NCBI GenBank assembly: GCA_050575255.1 | Contig: JBNZDD010013717.1 | Location: 2,683,351-2,747,350, forward strand | Source of the DNA: Harriotta raleighana | Taxonomy: Eukaryota | Direction of reading: 5' to 3' | Length of the DNA: 64,000 nt | Shown: positions 49,766-63,940 of the stretch, one piece after another | Numbering within the stretch: position 1 is the stretch's first letter | Layout of the letters: the number at the start of each line of letters is the position of its first letter | Program-made: the position numbers and the translations under genes | The notes under the pieces: generated by a model | Databases searched by the model: none | What the model saw: the letters and a program-made list of their open reading frames with translations, nothing else | What the model was told of the DNA's origin: nothing

Positions 49766-49939
49766 AACAAGAGCCTTGGCTCTTCTAAAGCTTTGAGTAA
49801 CACTCTCCAAATGTGATTCTATTGCAGACACAGACATTTCAATGTGTTGGTGGCATACATATATGGAACTCTCAGTATGGTTTTGATCCGGTTCAGCATG
49901 GTTTCCACATCAGTCAGACCAAAATCAGACAGCATACTT

Positions 49940-50310
49940 CACCTTCAAAGCTCTCCATGACCCTGTGCCCTCCCCTACCTCTGTAACCTCCTAACTCCCT
50001 ACCAACCTGTCCGCTCCCTCCGCTCAGCAGGCTCTGGTCCACTCCATGTTCCACACCCCACCATTTGGGGGTGACCCTCCAGCCACTCTGCCCCCCACCC
50101 TTTGTAATACCATCCCACAATCCCTCCGGTTGCTCCCCACCTCAACCCCACCCCTTAGCCTCCTTTGAGTCCTGCCTCAAGACCCTCCTCTTCGAGAGAA
50201 CCTTCTCTGGTCCCAACCCCAGCTCAGATCCGAAACACGAACCGTCCATCACCTTGGGACGTCTTCCCTACATGAATGGCGATATACAAATGTAATATGG
50301 TTGTTATTGG
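49940..50310 (+). mobile_element. L2 3' fragment
   Basis: caccttcaaagctctccatg...ccttgggacgtcttccctacatgaatggcgatatacaaatgtaat. Confidence 0.75.
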
Positions 50311-51400
50311 GGGTTAGGATAGCATAGGATATACAAAGAACAAAAGGAACAAAAATGTAGAAGAGCAATGTCCATAATACTGGTAAAAAGTGCAGAAAGA
50401 CACAAATAATTGCAATCCAAGCAGGTTTTTGTATCTAAAGGTAAGAAAAGTTCAAGATCCTTCAGTCAGATCTTTGCTTCAACTGCAACATTGAGCCAAT
50501 TAAAAGTAATCAATGCTATTTTATTTGATTGTGACTAGTGCTTGATGTTCCTTCTCATCTTTAATATCTTTGTTGCATTTCACACCACTGTATTCTCTGC
50601 CTCAGCATCATTGCTATTTTGTCTGGCTTCAAGACATCCAGTCCTTTCCGCAGGCGAATATCTTGATGGCTGAAGCTATTTTATTTAGCTCTAACCAGTA
50701 TCTTTGTATCCCTAGCACTGATTCAAGCAACCTTTCTGATTGCTAAACCCATCTGAAATAGATAGTATGTTTGACCCTGATCAGATTTTCAAATTCTAAG
50801 TCTGGTTTATCGAAAAGAATCGGATCTATACTACACACAAATACAGTCACTACATTGATTCACAATAATATAATTACATAAATATTGTGAAGCACTTTGA
50901 ACCATCCCGATGACCAGATACAGTATATCAAATGCAATAATTATTATTAATAACAATGCACTGTTCTTACTCAGAATACTTGGTTGTCACCCTCTGCTTC
51001 CTTACCCANCGAAAAGAATCGGATCTATACTACACACAAATACAGTCACTACATTGATTCACAATAATATAATTACATAAATATTGTGAAGCACTTTGAA
51101 CCATCCTGATGACCAGATACAGTATATCAAATGCAATAATTATTATTAATAATAATGCACTGTTCTTACTCAGAATACTTGGTTGTCACCCTCTGCTTCC
51201 TTACCCGGTGATTTCTTCTGCAAAGTTTGAACAACATTATTACACCTCATCCTTTTTAAAAATAATGTTATTTGTAAAACAGTGTAATCCATGATTTCAT
51301 AGAATCATAGAAGTNTTCTTCTGCAAAGTTTGAACAACATTATTACACCTCATCCTTTTTAAAAAGAATGTTATTTGTAAAACAGTGTAATCCGTGATTT

Positions 51401-51950
51401 CATAGAATCATAGAAGTTTATGGCACAGAAGGAGGCCATTCGGCCCATCGAGTCTGTGCCGGCTCTTTGACAGAGCAATGTCACTTTTATTAACCCCAAT
51501 CACCAGCTTTCTCCCCATAACCCTGCAAACCCNNNNNNNNNNNNNNNNNNNNNNNNNNNNNNNNNNNNNNNNNNNNNNNNNNNNNNNNNNNNNNNNNNNN
51601 NNNNNNNNNNNNNNNNNNNNNNNNNNNNNNNNNNNNNNNNNNNNNNNNNNNNNNNNNNNNNNNNNNNNNNNNNNNNNNNNNNNNNNNNNNNNNNNNAACT
51701 TCCCTACTCTTAAACTCTATGCCCCTACTAATAAAGTTCAGTACACCAAATGCCTTTTTTTGCTGCCTTATCTACCTGCCCTGCTACCTTTAATGATTNG
51801 TTTGCAGTTGGTTACAATCCTCCTCACTATTTACTACCCTACCTAACTTTGTATCATCTGCAAACTTGGAAATAGTGCTCTGTATGCCCAAATCCAGATA
51901 ATTAATATATACTAAAAAGAGCAGTGATCCCAATACTGATCCCTGTGGTC
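51401..51950 (-). mobile_element. CR1 3' fragment spanning a gap
   Basis: catagaatcatagaagtttatggcacagaaggaggccattcggccc end; tttgtatcatctgcaaacttgga reads SKFADDTK on the minus strand. Confidence 0.85.
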
Positions 51951-51989
51951 AGGTATTTGAGAATAATCACATTTTCATAATCACGGGTG

Positions 51990-52635
51990 TACTTCGCTCC
52001 ATGGCCTCGCCCTACCCTACCGTTGTGACCTCCTAACCCCCGACCACCCTCCGCTCAACAGCTCTGACCATCGGCGGGCGAGCNCGTTGTGACCTCCTAA
52101 CCCCCGACCACCCTCCGCTCAACAGCTCTGACCAACCTGCCCCACCATCGGCGGGCGAGTCTTCAGTCACTCTGCTCCCACACTCTGGAACTGCATCTCA
52201 CAATCCCTTCACCTCGCTTCCTCCATTTTCTTNACCATCGGCGGGCGAGCCTTCAGTCACTCTGCTCCCACACTCTGGAACTGCATCTCACAATCCCTTC
52301 ACCTCGCTTCCTCCATTTTCTTCTTCAAGGCAGATCTCAAGACCTCCCTCTTCGACCGTGCCTTCTGCTGCCCTCCGAACTCTCCGCCTATCCTCCTCTC
52401 CTTCCCCCCGCCCCTACCCCAACCCTTTCCCCCCACTCCCCCGTTTGGGTCCCGATCTAACTGCCGAGCCTTGGGACGTCCTCCCAACGTGAAAGGCACT
52501 CTATGAATGTAATTTTGTTGTTGTTATTGATGATCCCGACCCCAGCTCGGGGCTGAAACACTGACTGTCCAATGCCTTGGGACATTCTCCCGACGTGAAA
52601 GGCCCTAAACAAATGCAATTTTGATGTTGTTGTTA
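51990..52635 (+). mobile_element. L2 3' fragment with two tandem tails
   Basis: accatcggcgggcgagccttcag...ccttgggacgtcctcccaacgtgaaaggcactctatgaatgtaattttgttg; second tail at about 52530-52635. Confidence 0.8.
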
Positions 52636-53529
52636 TTGTACATCAAAAAGACTAACTGCCCAAATGGGATTATTAAGTCACCAAAAGTAGTAAGCTTTAG
52701 ATCACAGTGGAAATATATGAAAATTTAAATCAAATGATTTGGAAAGCAATGTAAATAGGAATTATCATCCATCATATTAAAGAAGTTCAAAAAACGCTTC
52801 CAATATTGGTATTTTTATGATGACAGTCTGAGAAAATATCAGTTTACGGAAATTAAAATGTATGAAAAAGCTTCAGTATCTCAAAATGGAATCTTGCTTT
52901 GATGTGAAGTAAATTCAAAGTAAATATTCCAGCTTTATTTGCAGGCAAAATGCTGCGACTTTCCCCAAGCAGTAAAGGTTTTGCGTCTTTTAGGAGACAA
53001 TAATTGTTTTAGAAATTGTATTGACTGTATTTCAAATCCGCTATGACATCTGCAGTACTTTGCCTTTTGTATTTCAGTTGAAATTCACACCTTATCCACT
53101 CTGACAGTCAACTTCTTGAACATCCTGTGTAGCTAATCTGAAGCCACATTCATTTTGTTCTGATATACTCAAAATTAATTACCTGTGAAATGATAATGCT
53201 TAGTGAATACAATTTTCCAGTGTTATCTTGTTGTAATTTGATATGGTAAAAAATGTCCATTAAAGTGGAATTATGGTGCTGATGTGTAAGACTTTTAACA
53301 AAGTTGTTACTGTAAATGAGGAATTGGAATATTGCACCACATTTCTTGTTGAATCTCTTGTCGAACTGCTCTGCCGTAGATTATTGCAGAGAGAATATGA
53401 TGGGTACTATTCACTATCACTATAAGGCCACAGGTACATCTCACTCAGAAATTAATTGCAGGGTTTGTGATTGCCTCCCTTGTGATCTAGTGTACAGAAA
53501 TTCTGCCTCTATTGGTATCATTTGTTGTT

Positions 53530-54060
53530 TGTTTGATCCTCAACTATCCTTTCTACTCTACATCCATGCCATGTCCAGCTCTGCCATCCCCCATAGTCGC
53601 AACATCGCCCAGCTCCACTGCTGTCTCACAGCTCAGGCCACCATACACATATTAATATCATCCAGGCTTGACTAGGCAAACTCCCTGCTTTCAGCCTCCC
53701 CAACTTCTCCCTCCATAGGTTGCAGATCATCCAGAACTCTGCAGCCCATGCACCAGACTCCATGACCCTATCACTCACATCCTTGCCCGACACCACTAGC
53801 TTTCCATCACTGGCTTTCTGGTCCTCAAAGCCCTCCATGGTATCACTCCCCTAACCTTTTAATTCCCGACCAACCAGCTTGCCCCTCGTCTCAGCTGGCT
53901 CTGGCCTTCTTTACATCCCCCTCCCCCCCCACCATTGATGCCACTCTGCCCCACCCTCTGCAACTCCATCCTTCAATCCTTTCACTTCACCCCCATCCCT
54001 TGCCTCCTTCAAGATCTATCTCAAGAGCCTCCTCTTTGACCGTGCCTTCAGCCACCCTCC
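53530..54060 (+). mobile_element. L2 ORF2 3' fragment
   Basis: LFDPQLSFLLYIH...RNIAQL...IHILISSRLD, followed by gttgcagatcatccagaactctgcagccc. Confidence 0.8.
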
Positions 54061-56957
54061 TTGCATTTGGTACAGTGCCTTATCATGTGGTTGAGATGTC
54101 TTAAAGTACTTCACATAACACATTGTGAAGAAAATTTACTGTACATTGTGTGGGTGAAATATACAAGACAAAATAATAAGATCCTCTTGCATTTTGGATA
54201 CTTGATCGTAACTTTTCTATCTTTATTTATTTCAAATTTAAAACATGCAGTTTTTGTTTCAATTCTCTCCCCTCACACTTCACCTCATTAAATAGTAGTA
54301 TTATAGTGAAGCAAGCTTCTACTGTAACCTAAATAGGAGATGACGTTAAGCCTTTTTTATGCCCTTAAAAACAATGATCTTTCTTCATACTAGCATAAAG
54401 CTGTCTGGTTAAAATTTACCATGTGGATAAATGAAGTGCAGCTGTGAAAGAAAGTCTCCCCTTCTCCTTGTGATTCCATTTTATGATGTTTCAAGACATG
54501 ATAAGGCTCTATATGAAATGCAAGACTTATTATTATTAACTGACCATTTGCAATGGGGAATCGATATAAATTAAGAGTGGTTTGTTTATTTGTGGTCCTC
54601 GCTGTTGCTCTTTAACTCTGGTGTTGGACAGGAACGAAGTGGGGACAAAGGATAGAGGTTCGCGTTTCAAGTGCACAGGCTGCATCGTAAGCAGAATCAA
54701 TTGGCCTTGCAAAAAGAAAATACATTTGAAAATTGATTGCAGCCAAGGATACTTACCACCAGATAGGGCTTGTTAGCTCATGCTTTATCAGCATGTGTGT
54801 TGGAAAGGGAGGGGGTTGGGTCGAGGATGTAATTATGGACCTCTGTGACTTTAAATTCTGGCTTTGATTGCAAATTACTGGACCGCCAGATTTAAAAATT
54901 TAATTGTGATGTATATTGTGACATTTTCCAATGATTTTGTTGAGCAGTATGTACACAATACAAGAGCTTGAATGTGAACTGATCGCCTTCCTCCCTTGTG
55001 CCCAGTTCATAGCAGCACCAAATGTAGCTAAATACCTATTGATTTCGAATTGGTCATTGATGTTCTAACAGAGGAGGATATATGCCTGTCCAGCACACCA
55101 TCAAGTCACCCAATTTGCCATTTTAATTGTATTTAGTGGCTTAGCGTAGAGTAATGCAGAAACCAAAGAGAAAATCATTCCTTGCAGTGTACTCACCAAA
55201 ACGCCTTGCACTTATGCCCTAGTCTAATGTATGTGTGTGTGTTTTTACACATCCTGTGTTGGAGGGTTATGACAAAACTAAACCTGGGAGTGAGCCAGTG
55301 CCTAGTTAGCAAAGCGTGCGAAGGGTGAATGGCAGAGTTGCCCCTTCACATATCAATTTAATCAGGGATCCCTGCTATGTGACGGCTAGGAATGCAGGCG
55401 AGTGAAAGGAGCAGTAAAAGTGCAGCTGCGGTTGAATGTTGCTTGTGCAGCGACTGCCAGCTGGCGGCCTCGTTTCATGCTGCTTTCTGTCCGTTGCAGA
55501 GCCATCTGCTGCACTTTTAATGAATGAACCTTTTTTTGTGCAGAACAATAGCTCCAGCGATGTGAGCTGCATTCTAATACACCACTTCTCTCTTTGGGGG
55601 ACACAGCATTTCACCTTTATTGTTAAAGTTACAAGGGGGGGTGTTGGGAGGGGGGGAAAGACTTTTTTTGTGTGAAGTTGTTGCAAGTCCTACTCTTCCT
55701 GTTGCTTCAGGTTTCTGGGTCACATGGAGCCACTCTTACAGCTCAAAATTGTTTTGAAATATTTTTGTTTTACATTAAAAAAACATTGAAAGTGAAACCA
55801 AATATTTTTTAGCTGGANTCTTCTCCTTTGTGTCGTGAATAGCGTATTTGAAGTTCTTTTTGATTATTTGTAAACTGTGATTTAATCCTGAAGGAGCACC
55901 TCTTCGCTAAGCAACGACCTAACAATGCTTGGAATTTACTCAATTCATTGACAAAAAGAAGAGGAACTAAAGCAATGGTTGCTGTGTATAGTACTCTCTC
56001 CAGGATCGTTCAGAAAGATGCTGTGGACTCTTCCAGATATTTCAATTCCATTTTAATTTCCTTATCGTAATTCTGCAGTTATGGTCGGTGCTCATAAAAC
56101 TGCCTCCTAATGCTTTTCTTTCCCGATAAAGCACTTATTGGCTGCTTGAATGTCTGTTCTGGCCATCAGTGGCCACGCCTTCAGCTCCCACCCTGTCTCT
56201 TCCCACTCTCCTTCTCCCCCCCCCCCCGACGCCCCCCCATCCTTCCCCCCCCGCTCGGGTCCCGACCTAACTGTTCAGCACTTTAGGACGTCCTCCTGAC
56301 GTGAAAGGCACTATACAAGTGTAATTTTGTTGTTGTTGTTGTATCAGTGTGGCTCCTATAGACACAGATAAAAGGTTTTCTTTCGATTACGTACTATAAC
56401 CCTATGGGCAAAAGGAATATTGTAATATGGTGAATTATTAAACGATCCTTTCCAATGGTATGATCATTTTGGAATATCATGATGTATCAATAGTCAGTGT
56501 GATAGAACTATGTAGTTTTAGTCATTTACTATTTTCCTTTTATTGTCCTAAATTTTGTTGTTGTTGCGGTTCTAATAACTCCCTTCCTGTTTTATATCAG
56601 TATTACTACGATTACCAGACAGATTTTACATATCTTGATAGAAGCGACTAGCTTGGTACAGCCTCATCCCCAGTGTGGAATGTGTTTACAGTGTTTGAAT
56701 ACACTTGTGCTTCCTATATGGGAGAAAGTGCAAGAACGTATCATGCAAAGGATTCTGTAATTAGTTTTCTGCTTTATAACAATCTAGAGATTACAGTAAA
56801 TTGGCAAATAGTTAAGAGGCCAGCTCCTGTGTGAATAGGAATAATGAATGAATTCTTGCACTTGATATAGCACCTTTCACATCGGGGGGGGGGGGGGGGG
56901 GGNNNNNNNNNNNNNNNNNNNNNNNNNNNNNNNNNNNNNNNNNNNNNNNNNNNNNNN

Positions 56958-57052
<95 letters not shown>

Positions 57053-58199
57053 GAAGGTTGCTCAGAGCATTTCATAGGAGTTGCTGTAAAGTGTAGACTT
57101 TTCCAATGAAGCCTGACTAGGATAGTGACCTCACAAGATTGTTGCTTCCTTCACTTGAAGTGACAGATGTGTTGCCGCTGATGAAGTTCAGTTGTTCCTT
57201 GTTTGATACAACAGTGGCCATTTATATAGCACCTTCACGTGGAATAGCATTTCGGCACACTGCACAGTGGAGGGGTTGGATACTGAGCAAGGAAGAAAGG
57301 GCATGGAGAGGTGACCATAAATATGAATGAATAGGATGTTTAAAATAGCTAGATGAAGAGGGAGTGAAGATAATAGCTGGATAAAGAGTGAAGATGGTAA
57401 GCTTCATAAATTTATCTCTGTGTATTTATAAGCAACTCTACAAGGAGTTAAAAATATGTAATATGGAGGTCCACAGGGACAAATCTGCAAAATGTACAGC
57501 ATGGTGGAGAATAACACTTAGTGGTGTACACCAGCAAAAACACAGCATGGAACTCGTGAAGTAGATTATCCGCAGTTATATTTTGAAGCTGACTGAGCAC
57601 AAATGGAACAAACTTTGTTAGCACCATGTTACTTACTGCCTGTGTTTGTCTGTGCCTTCAGCTGCTGTCCTACCTCTCTGCCTTCCCTCATCCCAACCTT
57701 GCCTCCCACCATGCTCAGGTCCTAACTCTTGACTGCAAGGTGCCTTGGAATGTCCTCCCGACATGAAGGGCGCTCTAGAAATGTAATTTTGTTGTTACTG
57801 TCATTCACTGCACTTGACAATAAATCCTGTGAAGTGCTATGGGATATCCTCCAGACCTGAAAGGCGCTGTACCAAATGTAACAATTATTATTATTTAATC
57901 CATAGAGAATATACACTGAATTTCACTGGGATACATTTAAGAACATAAGAAGTAGGAACAGGAGTAGGCCATTCGGCCTTTCGAGTCTGCCCCGCCATTC
58001 AATCATGGCTCATGAATGATCTCTAATTGAATAATGTACAAGTGATAAATATTCAGTGAAATCTAACGTGTGTTTGTACAATTCTTATTAATTTTTAAAG
58101 GATAGGGTAAAGTTCCTGGTGATAGTCTTGTAGGTAAGGGCACTATTTTTCATTACACGGAGCCCCAAGCACAGAAAAGCTGTATTTAGTTAACTGTCC

Positions 58200-58650
58200 T
58201 CAACCAACAACAACAACAACAACAAAATTACATTTATAGAGCGCGTTTCACGTCAGGAGGACGTCCCAAGGCGCTGGACAGATGATTTAAGACCCGAGCA
58301 GGGGGAAATGTTCAGGGCGAGGGGGGAGGGGGAGGGTGGGAGCAAGGAGGAGGTAGAGAGTCGAGAGGGGAGCTGAAGGCACGGTCGAAGAGAAAGGTCT
58401 TGAGACCGGCCTTGAAAGAGGAAAGGGAGGGAGCAAGGCGAAGGCACTGGGGGATGGAGTTCCAGAGCCTGGGGGCTGAGCAGCTGAAAGCCCGGCCGCC
58501 AATGGTAGGGCGGTTAGGGCAGGGGATGTGGAGCAGACCAGAGCCAGAGGAACGGAGGGTACGGGCAGGTAGATAGGGGGATATTAGGTCGGAGAGGTAG
58601 GAGGGAGCAAGGCCATGAATGGCCTTGTAGGTGAGGAAACCAGGAGCTCA
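58200..58650 (-). mobile_element. L2 3' fragment, comparatively young (CpG-rich)
   Basis: (CAA)n, aaattacatttatagagcgcgtttcacgtcaggaggacgtcccaaggcgctggacag; near consensus. Confidence 0.88.
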
Positions 58651-59222
58651 ATTATTGGCTTGAGTACCCCCAGAATAGGAAAAGGTTATTCAAATCAACT
58701 AGAGCCCACTATTCACAAGATTGGTTTGGTTGATGAAGATCTTTCATCCATACAAAATATTCACCCTAATGTTGTCCCATCACAGCATCAAGGTGTTTGT
58801 GTAAGATGATCACTATCATTATACATAGAGCAGATTAATCTCAACAATGAACTATTTCATGCAAGCTTGATTTTGAAAGATCAATATTATATATGGAGCC
58901 AATATATACAGAATAATCTCTAAATATCTGCTGAACAAATACAGTGCAGTATTCAGTGAATCCTAATGGAAAGTGTGTATGTATGAGTAAGAACTAGATT
59001 TAGCTCTTCAGTGATGAGTAGCATGGTTGACTAGCCTGAGGGCAGTCCCTCTCTAATCTTGTAAATAAAGAATGGCTTGGTACCAGAAGCCTCCTGGCAT
59101 TTGTGCAATTGTGCAAAGCTTAGAAAGAGCTGATTTCTTCAGCAAGAACAGAGGAGAGAATATTGTCAAAGTAGGAATGGCCTCTCAAGATAAATCGTCA
59201 ACCGAAAACAATTCCACAGTGT

Positions 59223-59513
59223 ATAATAATCCTTGCATTTGATATAGCGCTTTTCACGTCTTCTAGATGTCTCAAAGGGCTTCATGGACGATACTGTAAA
59301 GATAATTGACTGTATATTTGTAGGCAAAATGCGGCAGCCAATTGCGCACACGAACAGTCGTGGACTGAAATGACCAATTTTTTTTGGTGAGGGAATATTA
59401 TATTATCAGGTGTATGGAGTAAAGAAACTTGTCCATGGTTTCACCCAGCCTGGATTCACCCAGGTCTCTCGGTTGCGAGGCAAGTGATCTAACCACTGAG
59501 CTATAGGACTCCA
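59223..59513 (-). mobile_element. Full-length tRNA-derived SINE (short family)
   Basis: (AAT)n tail through ctaaccactgagctataggactcca head. Confidence 0.87.
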
Positions 59514-61269
59514 CATTCTGTTCTCACTCTGCTTGCGTTGCCTACACTGTTACAGAAAGTTGACAGCTTTGTGAGATGTTGTAGTTTCACTGTTGCTTTG
59601 TTTTGTGGACAAGAAAAAAGATAGGTTAGAGCAAGAATAAAGTAGGAATAAAATCTCCTTTACCCAAGCACATGTATCTTTGAGGTATTTCCCACTCCCA
59701 TTCCCTTTCCCCCTCACACTTAGTCAAGCTTTCTCAACACAATATTAATTCCCAAATTACATGACCAATCTAAGTGAACATTTGTTATGTGGAGAATGGA
59801 AATTTGTCCCCAATGTCCTCTGATCACATGTGGGAAATTTCACATGTCTGGCTAATAAATTGAACTGTGTAGCACATAGGAATACTTTCCTATATTTTCC
59901 AATTGACAGAATAAACATTTCCTCCGTGTCTCTTCATGATAAAGTTCGTAAAGCTATTTAATCAGTATGGGATCAAATGTGTGTGAGGCCACACATTTCC
60001 ATCACTACATTAGGGTATTTATCAGTGGGGGTATAAGTATATCCAGAGCCAGAGAGGAGTAATCCATCCCCTGTATTTTATCCACCCTGTATCTGATCCA
60101 TTGGAAGCTAAAAGTTGGAAAATTTTCGCAGAAAATGCCAATAGAAATATTGACACAAAAAGGTTATCTTAAGACAAAGGGAATTTTCTTGGTAGTGGTT
60201 TTGTGGGAGGGGTTGAACTGTTAAAAGTTTGCCTGATACTGCAATTTCCTGATTGTAAAATACAAACTCATTCCTTTTCCACTGCACAATACTTCTCTGT
60301 TCCATTCTGGAAATGGACAATTTGTAGATAATGGACCTAGACATTTATAGTGATTGCATTACTGAGCCAGATCAAACAAATGCCCAAGACAACAAACATT
60401 TGCAAGCCATTACATGAAAGGGTCTCACCTTGTAGGGCTTATTGTTTCATTTTTAAGTTGATGAGCAGATTTCCCCCCCTTCCCCCGTCCACATACCCGC
60501 TTAACAATCAGTATAATAGTATAAAATAATTATGATAAGTGACCAGCTATCAAGCATAAGCTTTTTAAAAAAAATAAACTGGATGGTTTTGTGCGTGTGT
60601 GAGCTTTCACCTCTGAGACCTGGCTTTGAATCTCTCCAAACAGATGGGATGAAAGGTTCCTCTCTCCAACAGTTGTTCATAATCCAAAGTGAAAATTAGA
60701 TTGGATAGCCTCGATCCATTTCCCAGAAACCCTCTCCTCCGCCCCACCCCCTCAAAAAAATCACAGTTTCGACACAGACACAAAAATATGTCATTCGAAC
60801 GAACAAACAAAGCAACTAACAATGAAACAAACACAAACAAGTATGTGAGGAGATACAATATGTCAGATCATCTCTAGAAACAAGAAGAGATTTCCCTGTC
60901 TGTCAGTAGCTTTGAATGTCTGTAGATGGCTCGATGCCATGATTCATTTCTGGCCAAATAACAAATGATGATTTGTTCGTCTATGAAGCCTGTCTTTGCA
61001 GAACTGCAGACACATCTGTACTTCATGTAGCCATTCATGTGAGGAGATTCACACGAGCTGTTTATTGCAATGAAATCGAGAATGGACGAAGGCAGCTGGA
61101 GAAGGCTGTATCAGGCTCATTTCCAAAGTTTCCTGGGTACCAGGAACGATAAATAAATATACATCAGTTACAACTGTATTATACTTCAAATGGCTCCTGT
61201 TATCTACAGAACTTAACACCACTAACATTCCCAATGATTAATGTGAAGTGGATCAACGCACTAACCATT

Positions 61270-62255
61270 TACAGAATCATAGAATTAAAAATTTACAGCA
61301 CGGAAGAAGGCCATTCAGCCCATCGTGTTTGTGCTGGTTTCTTTAAGAGCCATCTTTTCAGTCCTATTCTCCTGCCCTAACAACAACAACAACTTTAATT
61401 TATATAGCGCCCTCCACGCCGGATGGCATCTCAGAGCGCTTCACAATAGCGGATCCTGGGACCGAGCCAGGGGCAGGCGCAGAGAGATGACCAAAAGTGC
61501 GGTCGAAGACAAAGGTCTTCAGCTGTGAGCTGAAGCTGGGAAGAGAGGGGGCGAGGTGAAGAGTGAGGAAGGGAGTTCCAGAGCCTCGGGACGTAGTGGC
61601 TGAAGGCACAGCTGCCGAGGGTGGGGCGGAGGATTCGGGCAACATGGAGGAGTCCAGACCCAGAGGAGCGAAGGCAGCGGGTGCTGGTTTGGGGAGAGAG
61701 GAGATCAGAGAGATAGGGGGGTGCAGAGGAGTGGAGGGATTTGAAAACAAGGGTAACACCACAACCCTGCCGCTAACGCATGCAAAGGTATTAATATAAT
61801 TCCCTTTTGAAGTTTCCTTACTCCACATGCCTCATAATAATCCCCCCCCAAAGTAAAAATTGGTCATTTCAATCCACGACTGTTTATGGATCACTGCTGT
61901 GCGAAATTGGCTGTCGGTTTTGTGGCAGCCAAAATATACAGTCAATTCACTTTACAGTATATTCCATGAAGCGTTTTGAGATATCTAGAAGATGTGAAAA
62001 GCAGCTTATCAAATGAAAGGATTATTATTATTATTATTATTATTGAAAGCAAGTATAGATTCTGCGTCAATCACAGCAGCTAGCTGGACCCCCGAAGTAC
62101 TCTGTGTGAACAGAATTCTGCAAGCCTCCCCAACATCAAAAATGGGGAAAAACAATCTTTGGCTGTGTGCGTTTGTGTGTGTGTGCAGCGCCTTGGGATG
62201 TTGTCCCGACGTGAAAGGCGCTATACAAATGTAATTTTGTTGTTGTTGTTATTGT
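61270..62255. mobile_element. Cluster: CR1 end (minus), L2 of another subfamily (minus, 61380-61760), SINE (plus, 61810-62045), L2 tail (plus, 62185-62255)
   Basis: Family-diagnostic tails as elsewhere in the window. Confidence 0.75.
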
Positions 62256-63382
62256 TGGGTAGACTCCTGCCAGCCCGAATCTTATAGTGCACAGCAATGC
62301 TGTACTGAGCCTCCTTTGCTGGCCTTTACAGTGTCCAGGGATATCTGCTTTGACACAAATTGTTTAGATTCAAACAGTTACAGTGCTAGTCCTTGCATTT
62401 ACTGTCATTTTTGAAAATTGAGAAAGGCATTGTAATTACACTTATCCATGAATTCTGGCTGCTCGCCCCACCCCACCCTACCCCCTTTTAGTCCAGCCAA
62501 TCCAATGATACGAGTTTTCCTGATATTTGGTTATCCTAATAAAATAAATGCTTGGGATCTATTGACTGTTACACTAGTAGAAGCATTCAAAATCATCTTA
62601 AAATTATATCTTAAACCAGTTGGACGTGAGATCAGATAATATTTTTTCATGCACAAGGGGTTTGTGAAAAGAATGCATCTGCCTTAGAAGTCTATACATA
62701 CAGGATCAATCAGACATTTAATTTTTCTTTGTCCACCCTGGTGTCGTTTCAAGCAAGAATGTTTAAAGGGTACGTGGATAGTTCGATTGTAGGTATACTG
62801 TAAGTGATATGGAGAAAAGGTAAGAAATGGGATTAAAAGATTTGAGGTGATTTAATAAAATGTCAGGATAAACTGAATGGGCTTTTTGTATTCCTATGTG
62901 CCCCTGTTTGATTTAGGTGTATTTTTAGAGTTCTATTTCTGATCTCTGAGCATGTGATTAAGATGGCTCAGTAATAAGGCCAGTTGGCTGTAAATGATTG
63001 TTGGTTCTTGTATCACTTGAGTTTGTGTATTAGCAGGATGTAAGTCGATCCCATGGGCATCACATGACTTTAAATCAGGAGGTTTGGAACCACAAAGGGT
63101 ATAGTGTGACTGCTGTACTTTTTAACTATCAGCATAATGCCAGTGGATCCCATTGTGAAACATTATCAAACTACTGAAAAATCAGTCGTTGTAACATGTA
63201 CATGGAAACAGCAGTCCCATGTCTTAACCATTTGGTAGTCTCTCTGTCTTGTCAGTATTTCATTCCAGCAATAATTCTACTTTGCCTAAATCCAAACAAA
63301 CCTACAGTTTATAACATTCTCATTCAGTAGCTTACAGTTCTGTCAACAGAAGAACATAAATGGCAAAGAAAGAGGGCTGTAG

Positions 63383-63940
63383 GCAGCACTCTCACCTCTG
63401 AGACAGAAGGTTGTGAGTTTTAGATCCATATCAGAACTAGTGAGGAACTAGTTTTGGAACTAGTGTTGTTAATAATAATAATAATCCTTACCTTTGATTT
63501 AGTGTTTTTCATATCTTCTAGAATATGCTGTAAAGTGAATTGACTGTATATTTGTGGGCTAAATGCGACAGCCAATTGCGCACAGCAGTGTCCCACAAAC
63601 AAACTTATCTGAGCTGATACTCCAATGCAGTGGTGGGGTATGCTGCATCACTGTAGGTGCATTCTTCAGAGGAGACTTTAAACTGAAGCCCCGTCTGCCC
63701 TTCAGGTAGTTGTTAAAGATCCCATGATGCTATTCAAAAAGAGAAGGGAGTATCTCCCTGTGTCTTGGCCACCATTCCCCAAATAAATGTGGTCATTTAC
63801 TCTGTGGTTGTTTGTGGGACGTTGTTATGTGCAAATTGGTTGAGGCATTCACCTACAAAACACACAGTAAAATCTTGTGAAGTGTTTGAGTTATTGTCCT
63901 GATGTAAAAGCTGTGATATGAAATGCAGGGATTATTATTC
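63383..63940 (+). mobile_element. Old long DeuSINE (SacSINE1-like) with a nested antisense SINE fragment (about 63470-63602)
   Basis: Head gcactctcacctctgagacagaaggttgtgag; Deu domain gctgatactccaatgcag...ttaaactgaagccccgtctgccc...taaagatcccatg; tail aaatgcagggattattatt. Confidence 0.78.

Noticed and set aside
56885-57051. Long poly-G run and poly-proline ORF
   Set aside because: Adjacent to an N gap inside a SINE tail; poly-G is a typical short-read no-signal artefact.
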